NCBI GenBank assembly: GCA_965140585.1
Contig: OZ223265.1
Coordinates: forward strand, 256,001 to 320,000
Direction: 5' to 3'
Length of the DNA stretch: 64,000 nucleotides
Source: Spirochaetia bacterium
Lineage (GTDB): Bacteria > Spirochaetota > Spirochaetia > UBA9216
The translations under genes were made by a program, and so were the position numbers. The notes under the pieces are model-generated. The model made no database searches, had not been told where the DNA came from, and saw nothing but the letters and a program-made list of their open reading frames with translations. Position 1 is the stretch's first letter. Each line of letters starts with the position of its first letter. Shown here piece after piece: positions 20,143 to 30,673 of this stretch.

Positions 20143-20480
20143 ACCTTCTCTCCTTCAGTTTCTACACTTTCCATATCCTCCATCCTGTCTTCAACTGTTA
20201 GAATTGTCATGGGCTCTTTATTAAAATGGGCAGCCCTGGCTACAACATGAGAGGAAACCGGATTGGTCAGAATGATAAAGATGATCAGCACTAAAAGCTT
20301 CGGAGTCCAACCGGGAAGGATGAGAGAAATGCCGATCATGACAAAAATGGTACCAAGTGTAGTTGCCTTCGTACCCGTCTGAATACGGTTGTAAACATCA
20401 GGCATTCGTATAATTCCGAGTGCACTCAGAAAAAATACCAGCGAACCTATAAGCACAAGAATCGATCCAGCTAATTCCAT
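20139..20480 (-). CDS. mbxC: MrpG/MnhG-like subunit
   Basis: GIIRMPDVYNRIQTGTKATTLG, LTNPVSSH. Confidence 0.88.
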   Translation of the reverse strand: MELAGSILVLIGSLVFFLSALGIIRMPDVYNRIQTGTKATTLGTIFVMIGISLILPGWTPKLLVLIIFIILTNPVSSHVVARAAHFNKEPMTILTVEDRMEDMESVETEGEKV

Positions 20481-20740
20481 TACAGCCCCCTCTCAAAGTA
20501 TCTTGCTACTACAAGAACACCCAGGAAGCTGAGCAGACCGTAAACAAGGGCAACGTCAACATAGATAAACCTTTTGACCATCCAGGCCAGCATAACTATC
20601 ACAGATATGGCCATAATGCTTATTGCATCAAATGCTACCAGCCTGTCCAGAACTGTGGGTCCCTTGATAAACCTTATAAGCGAGATGAATACGCTTAAAA
20701 GAGTAATAAGCGCCGCTACTAAAATAATTTTGTCAGCCAA
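20480..20740 (-). CDS. mbxB: MrpF/MnhF-like subunit
   Basis: RFIKGPTVLDRLVAFD, YVDVALVYGLLSF. Confidence 0.88.
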   Translation of the reverse strand: MADKIILVAALITLLSVFISLIRFIKGPTVLDRLVAFDAISIMAISVIVMLAWMVKRFIYVDVALVYGLLSFLGVLVVARYFERGL

Positions 20741-21224
20741 AGAGCACCTCCAGATGCCGTTCGAATTTAGCTACAATCTTCTCTGTAGCACCTTCAACAT
20801 CAGTACTTGAGGCATCAATCCAGTGAATGAATAAAGTGTCTCCGACAATATCCGCGGTAAGGGTACCCGGAGTCAGAGTGATGGAATTGGCAAGCGCAAG
20901 TCTGCCAAGCGGTGATTTCAGTTTTGTTTTAACTACCACGATTGCAGGATTTATCCTGACTTTCGGAGTTACAACTCTGGACATCACGTCAATATTAGAT
21001 TTGATCAGCTCTATCAGAAAGACGACTAACCATGCAATTAGAGCGATCAGAGCCCTCGGCGTCAGCCGGACTTCTGTAAACATGCCCGAGCCGAGATAGA
21101 AAAGCGATGTTATTACTGTGATAATTATACCTGCAGTTAATACATCGGTTTTCATACTGCTGTTTATACCCAGCCAAATCAGGAAGCCGAGTACCAGCGA
21201 TACGAATGCGGCTTTTACCCTCAC
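20733..21224 (-). CDS. mbxA: MrpE/MnhE-like subunit
   Basis: LANSITLTPGTLT, LFIHWI. Confidence 0.88.
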   Translation of the reverse strand: MRVKAAFVSLVLGFLIWLGINSSMKTDVLTAGIIITVITSLFYLGSGMFTEVRLTPRALIALIAWLVVFLIELIKSNIDVMSRVVTPKVRINPAIVVVKTKLKSPLGRLALANSITLTPGTLTADIVGDTLFIHWIDASSTDVEGATEKIVAKFERHLEVLFG

Positions 21225-21443
21225 ATTATTCCCCCCGTATCTTTTTATTGAATGAATCAGAACGATATACTTTCAGCTTAGTTGATGATATTTTAAAGTG
21301 CAAATTTATATCGATACATATATATCATTCTATGTACGGGTTTCTATATATGTCAATAAAAAGATATTCTTTTCTTATAATTTTGCTCATAATTATCGAT
21401 TTTATCTGTCGTCCAGCACGAGAGTCATCTGTTAATCATTATT

Positions 21444-22844
21444 TTACAGCCTAGCCAGCCTGCCGATAAGTCTTCTTGTTATGTAATTAACAACAAATAC
21501 AATAAGGACCAGTATTGTAGCTGTTGCAAAGGCATTTGCCATTGAAATATTCTCCCTTATCAAGAGGTATAGATGAACAGACAAAACCCTTACAGGAGAG
21601 TTAAGACTTTTTATTAAGCTCATGTTGCTTCCCATTGTAAACAAAATTGCAGCAGTTTCACCTATTGCACGACCGATTCCCAGAATAATACCGGTCAGAA
21701 TACCGGGAAGTGCTGTGGGTATAGCCACTCTTAGGACTGTCTCAAGTTTTGTTGCTCCAAGGGCCATGCTGCCTTCCATTAGTTCTTTTGGTACACTTTT
21801 AAGAGCTTCTTCACTGGTTCCTATAATAGTAGGAAGGATCATCAATGTGATGGTAAGCGAGCCGGAAATAAGTCCTGTTTTTAATTCTAAAAACTGGGAG
21901 AAAAATACCAGACCAAATAAACCGAAGATGATCGAGGGGATTCCGGCAAGTGTTTCAGTACCGACCCGGAATGCATAAAGAAGTGGCCCCTGTTTTGCAT
22001 ACTCAACCAGGTATATTGCCGCCCCGACTCCGATTATTCCTGCAATTATGGTTACAACCATAACCATCACAATAGTGTTGATAATAATACTGCTTATTCC
22101 GCCGACAGCGCCGGCCCTGCTCGGAGGTGTAATAAAAAAAGATGGTTTCAGGTTTACTTTTTTTCAAAGTATTTCAGTTCAAGCGTCTGAAGCCCGAAAT
22201 ATTCAGCGTCTGATGCTTTTATAAGGCCAATCGAACCTTCAATTGTATTAATAATATTCTGAAATTCACCAAGGTCCTTGGCCTTTATTATATTTGAAGA
22301 AATGGAAGCTGAACCGATAAGCTTTTCAATATATACTGTTGCCGGGTAATCAGATGCATTAAGGATTACCGGAATTACAAGACTGTCAGGACCTCCTATT
22401 TCTTTCCAATTCATTTCAGTTTCTGTAAACAGTCTTGAAACAAACCTGTCGGTAGGTTGAATCCTGCTGAATCTTCTACCCTCCTGCAGCGATGCTAGTT
22501 TTTGGTTAACTACTATCGAGTATGGCCTTAGATTGACAATACTGCAGCCTTTCGGAATATTTTCTATACAATCAGATGGTATAATCGCAATTGCACCCTT
22601 TTCTTTATTAACAGATTCAAATACATTATTAATTTCATGACTTTTTTTATATTTATGCCTGTTTCATAGTTTTTCAGATTTAAATATCCTGCTACCTGAA
22701 GTAGAAATCCGGATCGGTCAAAGATCACCGGATAAATATTGATATTTTGACCGGTTATATAACCCCAGGACTTGTTCTCACCGCTATATATTTCTTTTAG
22801 CTGTGTATATGTCAGTTCATCTACTTTGAGTGCTTTATTTGCCC
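21444..22844 (-). pseudogene. pstA: Phosphate ABC permease PstA with extracytoplasmic insert; 5'-truncated by IS and frameshifted twice
   Basis: LAGIPSIIFGLFG, SEEALKSVP, RAIGETA; upstream frame FITPPSRAGAVGGI; frames join across T7 runs near 22158-22164 and 22642-22648; ends at IS boundary 22845. Confidence 0.85.
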
Positions 22845-22926
22845 TGTGCCGGTTCAACAAGATTCGTACCACTCATCAATTTCTCTTAGCTATAGTATGA
22901 TGTGATTATAGCATAGGAGAATTAAA

Positions 22927-23262
22927 TTGGCATCGAAGAGTAAGACACCTGAAGGGATAGTTAGGGATATTAAAAGAAAGACCAGGAGGGTCTTCAACGC
23001 AGAAGAAAAAATAAGAATCATTTTAGAAGGTCTTCGTGGAGAAGATACAATCGCTGAAATCTGTAGAAGGGAAAGTATTCATCCAACACAGTATTACAAA
23101 TGGAGTAAGGAGTTTCTTGAAGCCGAAAAAAAACGGCTGAATGGAGATATCGTTCGTGAAGCAACCTCGCCGGAGGTTAAAAAGCTGCGTAATGAAAATG
23201 AAGACCTGAAACAGGTCGTAGCCGAGATGATGCTGAAAAACCGCATGTTAAAAAAAGCTTAA
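22927..23262 (+). CDS. IS3-family transposase OrfA
   Basis: RRVFNAEEKIRIILEGLRGEDTIAEICRRESI HTH; A7G slippery site at 23250-23257. Confidence 0.9.
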   Translation: MASKSKTPEGIVRDIKRKTRRVFNAEEKIRIILEGLRGEDTIAEICRRESIHPTQYYKWSKEFLEAEKKRLNGDIVREATSPEVKKLRNENEDLKQVVAEMMLKNRMLKKA

Positions 23263-23290
23263 CGGGTTTGGGGTAAATACCGGAGCCTAT

Positions 23291-24289
23291 ATGAAATATA
23301 ACCATGCAGAAAAGTATGAAATAATTCGAATGGTCGAAGGCTCCGATCTCAGTATCAGGAGAACTCTTGAGCAAATAGGCGTCAGTAGAAGCACATTCTA
23401 CGAGTGGTACAGGCAATATCTCGAGGATGGGTACGATGGATTAAGAAATAATACATCCAGCAACCGTCAATTCTGGAATAGGATACCTGATTGCGAGCGA
23501 CAAAGAATAATTGACTACGCTCTTGAGCGGCCATGGCTGTCTTGCCGTGAAGTATCTGTGAGTTTTACGGATGAAAAAGGTTATTTTGTCTCATAATCAA
23601 GCGTATATCGCATTCTAAAGGCTGAAGGCCTGGTTGCTTCTCCTGTTTATGCCGTTCAGACGGCTAAGGATGAGTTTGAAAATAAAACAACACGAATAAA
23701 TGAAATGTGGCAAACAGACTTCACATATTTCAGGATAATTGGCTGGGGATGGTATTATCTTTCAACGGTTCTCGATGATTTTTCAAGAATGATTATTGCT
23801 TGGAAGCTCTGTAGCTCAATGTCTGCAGATGATGTAAAAGCAACTCTTGATTTAGCGATTCTGAATACCGGAATGAAGGCCCCCAAAATAATCAAACCCA
23901 GATTATTGAGCGATAACGGCCCCTGCTATATCTCAAAAGAATTGAAAGAATATCTGAAAGATCAGGATATGACTCATTCACGAGGCAGGCCCTTTCATCC
24001 TCAGACGCAGGGTAAAATTGAGCGTTACCATCGTTCGATGAAGAATATCATCCTGCTGGATAACTATTACCTGCCGCAGGAACTTGAAGCCCGAATTGGA
24101 GAATGGGTCGATTATTACAACAACCACCGATATCATGAATCGCTCGGCAATATTACGCCGAGTGAAAAATACAAAGGACTGGAATATAAAATATTTAAGG
24201 AGAGAAAAAAGGAAAAAGAGCGAACAATGAGATTGCGCCGAAAGGCAAATGGATTTATGATTGAGCAGAACGAAAAAGTTCTTGTTTAA
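23291..24289 (+). pseudogene. IS3-family transposase OrfB (DDE) with in-frame nonsense codon
   Basis: TAA at 23594-23596 in FVS*SSVYRILK; same frame continues to WQTDFT, LSDNG, QTQGKIERYH. Confidence 0.9.
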
Positions 24290-24351
24290 TGAAGCTGGAT
24301 CTATAGCTAAGAAATTTGATAGGTGCTGTCCGAATCATTTGACGACGTACA

Positions 24352-25110
24352 ATCAGCATTCATGTGAACCTGAACGTAGTCTACAGTTGTTCCGCTTCCT
24401 ACGGCCTGGAAGGCTATTCCGTTAAGTTCGTTGTCTGCACTGAAAAGTGTGCCGGCAAATTCAACTCTTACATATTTAAGAGTTCCGCTGTTATCAGCAT
24501 CATCTGTTCCGCCGTAAGTTCCGGTTTCACCTTCACCTTCTGCAGTACCTCCGGTAGCATTGATTGCAGCGTTACCGTTGATTACAAGTCCGCCCCAGTC
24601 TCCGCGTGCTCTTGTTCCTTCTGATTTTGCAGATGTAAAAACAATAGGAGCTGCAGCAGTACCGACTGCATTTATTTTTGAACCCCTTGTTATAACAAGG
24701 ACACCCGGTTTGGTTGTGCTGACTTCACCCTTGATAAGGGTTCCGGCTTCAATTGTAAGTGTACAGTTATTAGCATTATCATTTCCAATGAATACAGCAT
24801 CAGCAAGATAGTATACATTGTCACTATCCCAGCTCATGTCAGTTCCGAATCTTCCTGCTACAAGTACCTGATACTCATCATCATCACCTGTCATGTAGCC
24901 TGCATCACCTGAGACATCACCATCAGCATCGTAAGTTCTTGTTGCCATATATCCGCCAAGGTCATCTACAGCGCTTACAATAAAGCCGTTTCCAAGATCG
25001 TCTCCAATCGCATAGTCTACAGTTCCGGTTGAATCGTCACAACCAACAAAGACAGCGAGTACAAGTGCCAACATCACGAGTACTGACAATATGTTCATTA
25101 GTTTCTTCAT
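24352..25110 (-). pseudogene. Secreted Asp/Gly-rich lipoprotein, 3'-truncated by IS3
   Basis: Lipobox VFVGC; PIVFTS, GDWGGLVING, DNSGTLKYVRVEFAG, NELNG; breaks at QVHMNAD exactly at IS end and reads 14 codons into the IS. Confidence 0.75.
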
Positions 25111-25304
25111 ATTTCTCCTCCTATGGAAAATTTAATAGATGGGCACCTATTACGGGGCGGACTGTTAGTGGAGTATTATCCTGATATGAAATAGGGATAA
25201 GTTTAGTGTTAAATGATTTGCAAAATGTTAATTTACAGAATCCCTGAGATTTTACAGGTTCTATCCGGCCGACAATATCTTTAAACAACCAACCCATGAT
25301 TCGG

Positions 25305-26225
25305 CTACTTATCCGCGGACAATGCATATCCTTTCATGAAAGCATTATAAAGCAGGCTGAAAATCAGTACAGGAGGAATGAGCGCAATTACAGCTGCAGC
25401 CATCACCTCTCCCCAGTAAACGGCATCACCAGTTGCAATAATCTTGTTAAGACCTACCTGCACAACCTGGTTCACATCATACCGCACTATTACACGCGGC
25501 CAGAGGTACTGGTTCCAGACGTATATGAACTGGATAAGCGCAAGAGCCCCGATGGTATTCCAGCTCATGGGGATTAAAATATAGATAATAAACTTAACCG
25601 GACCGGCGCCATCAATCCTAGCCGAATCAACCAGCGCTCTTGGAATTGAACTAAAATGCTGCCTGAACAGAAAAACTCCTGTTGCTGACGCGAGAAAAGG
25701 GACAATTATCGCTAGATAATTTTTGGACCAGCCGAATCCGTATTGAATAGGCTGAAAAAGCAGTTTAACCGGATTAAAAAGCCACAGTGCCAGCTGAGTA
25801 AAACTTCCGGCAGCCTTAGCGGAGATGAGATCGAAGAGTCCAAGTATTAGAGCTTCGGTCGGCATCATCAGTGTAATTATTATAAATACAAAAATCACCT
25901 TCTTCCCTGAAAATGAAAAATAGACCAGAACAAACGCTGTCATAAATGAAAAAATAATCTTACCAACAGTTACCGCTGCGGCAATTATAAGAGAGTTTTT
26001 CATATACATAGCCAGCTTATAATCAAACAAGGCTCTCTTTATATTATAAAAAAACTGTGTTCCCAGTTTCATAGACGGGGAAAGAACCTGTGCTGCATTC
26101 TGAGTCGATTTTATAATAGCAAAAACAATCGGAAAGCAGACAACAATAACCGAAATTATCAATACTGCGTGTATCCACACAGGATCATGTCTTCGTTTAA
26201 ACTTAAAAACCTTAGTATCACTCAT
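25305..26225 (-). CDS. ugpE: Glycerol-3-phosphate-type ABC permease
   Basis: ASATGVFLFRQHF, DSARIDGAG EAA loop, FIYVWNQYLWP. Confidence 0.8.
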   Translation of the reverse strand: MSDTKVFKFKRRHDPVWIHAVLIISVIVVCFPIVFAIIKSTQNAAQVLSPSMKLGTQFFYNIKRALFDYKLAMYMKNSLIIAAAVTVGKIIFSFMTAFVLVYFSFSGKKVIFVFIIITLMMPTEALILGLFDLISAKAAGSFTQLALWLFNPVKLLFQPIQYGFGWSKNYLAIIVPFLASATGVFLFRQHFSSIPRALVDSARIDGAGPVKFIIYILIPMSWNTIGALALIQFIYVWNQYLWPRVIVRYDVNQVVQVGLNKIIATGDAVYWGEVMAAAVIALIPPVLIFSLLYNAFMKGYALSADK

Positions 26226-26228
26226 AAT

Positions 26229-27170
26229 TTACCCCTGATAATGAACACGTCTGGAAAATTTACTGAACTGTAAGTAAGTAACTATACCAACCATCAAAAT
26301 CAGGATTACCCCTTCCGCAGCAGCAAACCCCATATTACTGCTTCCACCGAAACCATCCTGAAAAACCTTGTACATCACCGTTGTTGTGATACCGGTATTG
26401 TCAAGCGGACCGGGAGGACCTACAGGTCCACCTGTTGTCAGGATATCTATAAGGCCGAAGGTTTCAAAGAAACTGTAGCTTAAATTGGTAAAGACAAGAA
26501 AGAATGTTGTCGGGCTGAGCAAAGGCAGGAGCACAGAGAAAAAACTTCTGAAGTGTCCGGCACCGTCTATTTCGGCTGCTTCAAGCGGTTCCTTTGGAAT
26601 ATTCTGTAGCGCGGCTAGATAAAAAACAATATTGTATCCCAGATTCTTCCAGACAGCCGCAAAGACGACAAGACTCACTGCGAGAACAGGTGAATCCAGC
26701 CACCTTGGTTTTATTGAAAAAAGGTAGTCCAAAATTGTATTCATAATTCCAACTTCAGGGTTGAAGATAAAAAGAAATATTGTTCCCGCCACCGCCGGCG
26801 AAAGAGCGAAGGGCCATATGAGTAAAAGCCTGTACACGCCGGCTGCCCGGATATTTTTATTAGACTGCACAGCAAGAAAAACAGAAACCGCAAGTCCGGA
26901 AATTACTATCAAGAGACTTATAGCAAGGGTCTGAAAAAGGCTTTGAATAAAAGCCGGAGCAAGTGGTCCGGTAAAAAGATTTTTAAAATTTTCAAATCCT
27001 ATAAACTTTCTCGTTCCCAGAAAAAGATTGTTCCTGAAAAAACTCAAAACTATAGAATGCCATGCGGGAAAATAGAGAAATATTATAAGTATCAAAATAG
27101 TCGGAAGCAGAAAAAACGATACAAATACCGGCCCCTTAAATACTGCGTTCTCATTATCTATTTCTGTCAT
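26229..27170 (-). CDS. ugpA: Glycerol-3-phosphate-type ABC permease
   Basis: LLIWPFALSPAVAG, EAAEIDGAG, PLLSPTTFFL, YKVFQDGF. Confidence 0.8.
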   Translation of the reverse strand: MTEIDNENAVFKGPVFVSFFLLPTILILIIFLYFPAWHSIVLSFFRNNLFLGTRKFIGFENFKNLFTGPLAPAFIQSLFQTLAISLLIVISGLAVSVFLAVQSNKNIRAAGVYRLLLIWPFALSPAVAGTIFLFIFNPEVGIMNTILDYLFSIKPRWLDSPVLAVSLVVFAAVWKNLGYNIVFYLAALQNIPKEPLEAAEIDGAGHFRSFFSVLLPLLSPTTFFLVFTNLSYSFFETFGLIDILTTGGPVGPPGPLDNTGITTTVMYKVFQDGFGGSSNMGFAAAEGVILILMVGIVTYLQFSKFSRRVHYQG

Positions 27171-27190
27171 AATTATATCCTTAAATTCAA

Positions 27191-27219
27191 ACTGACCGGT
27201 CTCTATGAAACCGGTCAGT
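27191..27219 (-). terminator. Intercistronic stem-loop after ugpB (mRNA stabiliser/partial terminator)
   Basis: ACTGACCGGT/ACCGGTCAGT perfect 10-bp stem. Confidence 0.6.
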
Positions 27220-27240
27220 AAAAAAGAATCGGTTTATAGA

Positions 27241-28587
27241 TTAAAAGTTTGAGTTGTACTCAGTAAGCTTCGCGTTTGAAAGCTCTGTTGCTTCATCAAG
27301 CGCTTCCTTTACACTACTGCCCTGAATAATTTTCTGAAGAGCAGTCTCAATTATGGTCCTGTTATCAAGAAGAGTGCCTGCAAGAGCACCCGCTGTAGCT
27401 TTATTTGTTTTTGTCTGTAACAGTTGGTTAAATGCCACAATCTGGTTGGCATCACTATCAAACCAGCCTTCAGCCTTGAGAGCATCAATAGATGAAGTTC
27501 TTACTGGATAGTATCCTGTAAGTTTGTGCCAGCTGACCATATTCTTTGTATTGGTCATAAAAAGCACGAAGTCCCTTGAAGCCGTAAGCTCATCCTCAGG
27601 ATGATTTTTTGCAATCCAGACACTTGCCCCGCCGATTACAGTTCCATTTCTCTCTGCTCCGTCAGGAATTGGAATAAAGCCTACGCCAAGGTTGAACTTG
27701 CCTTTTACTGCTGCAGAAATGTTTCCAAGATCTGCGGTTGAGGTAACATGGAGCATGGCTTTTCCTTCTTGGAATATTGCATCACTTCCGCCCCAGTCTT
27801 CAAACTTTCCGGTGTAGGTGTATAACCCCTTCTTTGACAGCGCAGCCATGAATTCACCTATCTTCATAGCAGCAGGGCTGTTAAGGTTTGTACTGGTTGA
27901 TCTATTATCACGTCCGTTTCCGTTGTTGAACATCTCGGCACCCTGTTCAGCCATCCACTGTTCAAAATACCAGCCATGAAGACACATTGAATATTTGGCA
28001 CCTTCAACACCTTTTTTCTCAGCTGCCTCAAGGACTTTGATTACATCGCTGAAAGTAGCAGGAACATAGTCTGCGTCAAAGCCGGCCTGAACCATCTTAT
28101 CCTTGTTGATATAGAGAACCGGCGAAGAACTGTTGAACGGAATTGAATTTACCTTTCCGTTTATTGAGTAGTAGTTAAGTACCGGGCTGATGTAGTCTTT
28201 TGTGTCAAATGTTCCGATATCGCCTACCGGCATGAATATGCCTGAATCGAAAGCAAGCTGGCTGCCTACTTCAAAAACCTGTACTATATGAGGTGCAAAA
28301 CCCTGCTTGTCAGCAAGCACTGCTGCCTGAAGAGTATCCCTGTAGCTGCCCTTTGCTTCGACAACTACCTTGAATTTATTCTGTGAGGAGTTGAATTCAT
28401 CTGCACGATCCTGGATCCAGCCGGATCTTGCAGCATCACTGAATGCGTGCCAAAAATAAATTTCCTTCACTGCTTCAGCCTTAGTCTCTGATTTGGGTTC
28501 TGTGCTTTTTACTTCCTGGCTTCCTCCGGCAAACAGGGATAAAGCAAAACAGCAAAGCAATATTAAAGTGGCGAGAATCTTTTTCAT
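27241..28587 (-). CDS. ugpB: ABC transporter substrate-binding protein, UgpB-like
   Basis: PHIVQVFEVG, PFNSSSPVLY, IGGASVW, WHKLTGYYP; start at ATG 28587 behind AAGGAG; signal peptide ending AGGSQE. Confidence 0.8.
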   Translation of the reverse strand: MKKILATLILLCCFALSLFAGGSQEVKSTEPKSETKAEAVKEIYFWHAFSDAARSGWIQDRADEFNSSQNKFKVVVEAKGSYRDTLQAAVLADKQGFAPHIVQVFEVGSQLAFDSGIFMPVGDIGTFDTKDYISPVLNYYSINGKVNSIPFNSSSPVLYINKDKMVQAGFDADYVPATFSDVIKVLEAAEKKGVEGAKYSMCLHGWYFEQWMAEQGAEMFNNGNGRDNRSTSTNLNSPAAMKIGEFMAALSKKGLYTYTGKFEDWGGSDAIFQEGKAMLHVTSTADLGNISAAVKGKFNLGVGFIPIPDGAERNGTVIGGASVWIAKNHPEDELTASRDFVLFMTNTKNMVSWHKLTGYYPVRTSSIDALKAEGWFDSDANQIVAFNQLLQTKTNKATAGALAGTLLDNRTIIETALQKIIQGSSVKEALDEATELSNAKLTEYNSNF

Positions 28588-28879
28588 ATTTATCTCCTTA
28601 TGGACTTTTATAATTGCATGATTCATGTTTTTGATTATTTTCGTATCACAGGGAGATTAGTTTTCGATTAATTTTACATCTGCTGATTATTTAACGCTAT
28701 ATTCCGTACAAAAAGGAGAATGAGATCTACAGACGGCATCTCCACCTACAGAAAAAGCGACTACATTTCAAAAAAAACGAATAGTTCAGGCTTACTATGA
28801 TTAAAGCCCTGCTTCTGGAAATGAAGCGGGAAAACCATCTCTCGGGCTGAGGTGGCAATCAGTTTTTCAAATATTCTGT

Positions 28880-30673
28880 TCAGTTCTTCCATGGATTGAA
28901 AATATATCCCCTTGTCTGAAGATGATCTTTTATTGCCAGAGCCGCCTTTTCAGGCTCGCCGGCCCCGACCTGCAGACTGTATTCTATATCGGTATTAGGC
29001 TCTGCCACCTGCACTATTTCAATACTGCTGCTGTTAAAAACAAGCCTGAGCTCTTCAAGATCCTTCTGCGAAAGATCAACGGCGGTAAGTACAAGGATAA
29101 GTCCCGCGCTTATCATCAGGTACGCAACCTCACCGATAAGCCGTCCCGGCTGGTACAGCTCTGCTGCATCCGAGTTTTTTATATCCGATCCTATTCCATA
29201 AAGCAGACCGCCTATACCGACAAAGTAAACAAAGTGACCGTCATCAAACAGAAGCTGCTCAAGGTTACGTGCAACAACCTTCTTTCCGCAGTCTTTTCTT
29301 CCTGTAATTATAATCAAAGAAGGACGCTGTTTGTATTTTTCAGATCTGCGTTCAGGAGGAATCCTGCTCCTGGTCCATTTCTCGGTACGTTCCCAGACAT
29401 GCTCACGCATATGCGCCTGTGAATCATCAAGCGCTTCACGGATGATTCCTCCGCCGGCTATTTCATATTCATCCACAATTACAAAGCGGCTTGTCGAGGG
29501 CATGCTGTCCACGGTATCAAAGGCGGCGGCACGGTTGAGCTTCAGCACACATTCGGCAACATCATGCCTGTTCACCTGAGCGGGACTTCCGGAAGAACCG
29601 AGGGTTGAGGCATCGATAAGCTTCTCGATCGATTCAAGCCTTACAGGGATTGCAGAAGTACCGAGTTTGAACCGGTATTCGCGGCCCGACACCATCGGGT
29701 TCTGTCCCAGCCAGAACAGACTGACGCGGATACGGCTTGATACTTCAGGCTCCCTCTCCCCCGCAATAACGGCAAGTTCACCCCTTTTGATATAGATCTG
29801 TTCCCTGAGGGTGAAGCCTGCGTGCCTGCCGGCTGAAAGCTTTCTCCTGGGTTTTGTATTAAAGGTTTCGATGGAATTGATTTTCGAACGTTTGCCGGAG
29901 GGATAGAATACCAGCGTGTCGCCTGTTTTTACCCTGCCTGCCGATATTTCTCCGGAAACGATTCTCCTGCTGTCGCCGTTTTTGGTAAATTTGTAGACAT
30001 CCTGAACCGGCATACGGAACGGAAGACTGCCCACAGGAGCTTCCTTATCAAAGGCATCAACACCTTCAAGAACTGTCCTTCCTTCGTACCATCCCATTTT
30101 CGGACTTAGTGAAGCGATATTGTCTCCGTCAATGGCGCTGATCGGGATAAAGCAGTCGGGTTTAACAAAAATGCTGTTCAGAAAGCTGCTGTATTCATCC
30201 CGTATTGAATTGAAGACTTCTTCGCTGTATCCGGCCAGATCCATCTTGTTGACCAGAACTATCATCTGCTTGACACCGAGCATGGAAAGCATATAACCGT
30301 GTCTGCGTGAGTTCTCCTGGACTCCCTCATCGGCATCAATCACCAGAAATGCAGCCTCGGCACGGGAGGCTCCCGTAACCATGTTTTTCAGAAACTCAAT
30401 ATGACCCGGAGCGTCTATGATTATATAATTGCGTTTATTTGTTTTGAAGAACACCCGGGCAGAATCTATGGTTATGCCCTGTGCCTGCTCATCCTTCAGT
30501 GCATCGATAAGAAAGGCATACTCGAACGGTCTTGATTTTTTTTCACAGGCCGCCCTGACCTGCTCAAGCTTTCCCTCAGGCAGCGAACCAGTGTCGGCAA
30601 GAAGCCTTCCAACCACAGTGCTTTTTCCGTGATCGACATGGCCGGTAAAAACTATGTTCATCTGCTGCATCAC
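28880..30673 (-). CDS. cysN: Sulfate adenylyltransferase GTPase subunit with degenerate C-terminal APS-kinase domain
   Basis: [24 protein letters not shown]; C-terminal [10 protein letters not shown] degenerate P-loop. Confidence 0.88.
   Translation of the reverse strand: MMQQMNIVFTGHVDHGKSTVVGRLLADTGSLPEGKLEQVRAACEKKSRPFEYAFLIDALKDEQAQGITIDSARVFFKTNKRNYIIIDAPGHIEFLKNMVTGASRAEAAFLVIDADEGVQENSRRHGYMLSMLGVKQMIVLVNKMDLAGYSEEVFNSIRDEYSSFLNSIFVKPDCFIPISAIDGDNIASLSPKMGWYEGRTVLEGVDAFDKEAPVGSLPFRMPVQDVYKFTKNGDSRRIVSGEISAGRVKTGDTLVFYPSGKRSKINSIETFNTKPRRKLSAGRHAGFTLREQIYIKRGELAVIAGEREPEVSSRIRVSLFWLGQNPMVSGREYRFKLGTSAIPVRLESIEKLIDASTLGSSGSPAQVNRHDVAECVLKLNRAAAFDTVDSMPSTSRFVIVDEYEIAGGGIIREALDDSQAHMREHVWERTEKWTRSRIPPERRSEKYKQRPSLIIITGRKDCGKKVVARNLEQLLFDDGHFVYFVGIGGLLYGIGSDIKNSDAAELYQPGRLIGEVAYLMISAGLILVLTAVDLSQKDLEELRLVFNSSSIEIVQVAEPNTDIEYSLQVGAGEPEKAALAIKDHLQTRGYIFNPWKN

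Larger units (their letters stand above)
22845..24351 (+). mobile_element. IS3-family insertion sequence (~1507 bp), inactive
   Basis: Imperfect ~50-bp terminal IRs TGTGCCGGTTCAACAAGATTCG...CTTAGCTATAG and CTATAGCTAAG...CGAATCATTTGACGACGTACA; TG...CA ends; orfA/orfB. Confidence 0.9.

Noticed and set aside
25200-25240. Possible Pho box (TTAACA repeats) upstream of lipoprotein
   Set aside because: Repeat spacing is not a multiple of 11 bp
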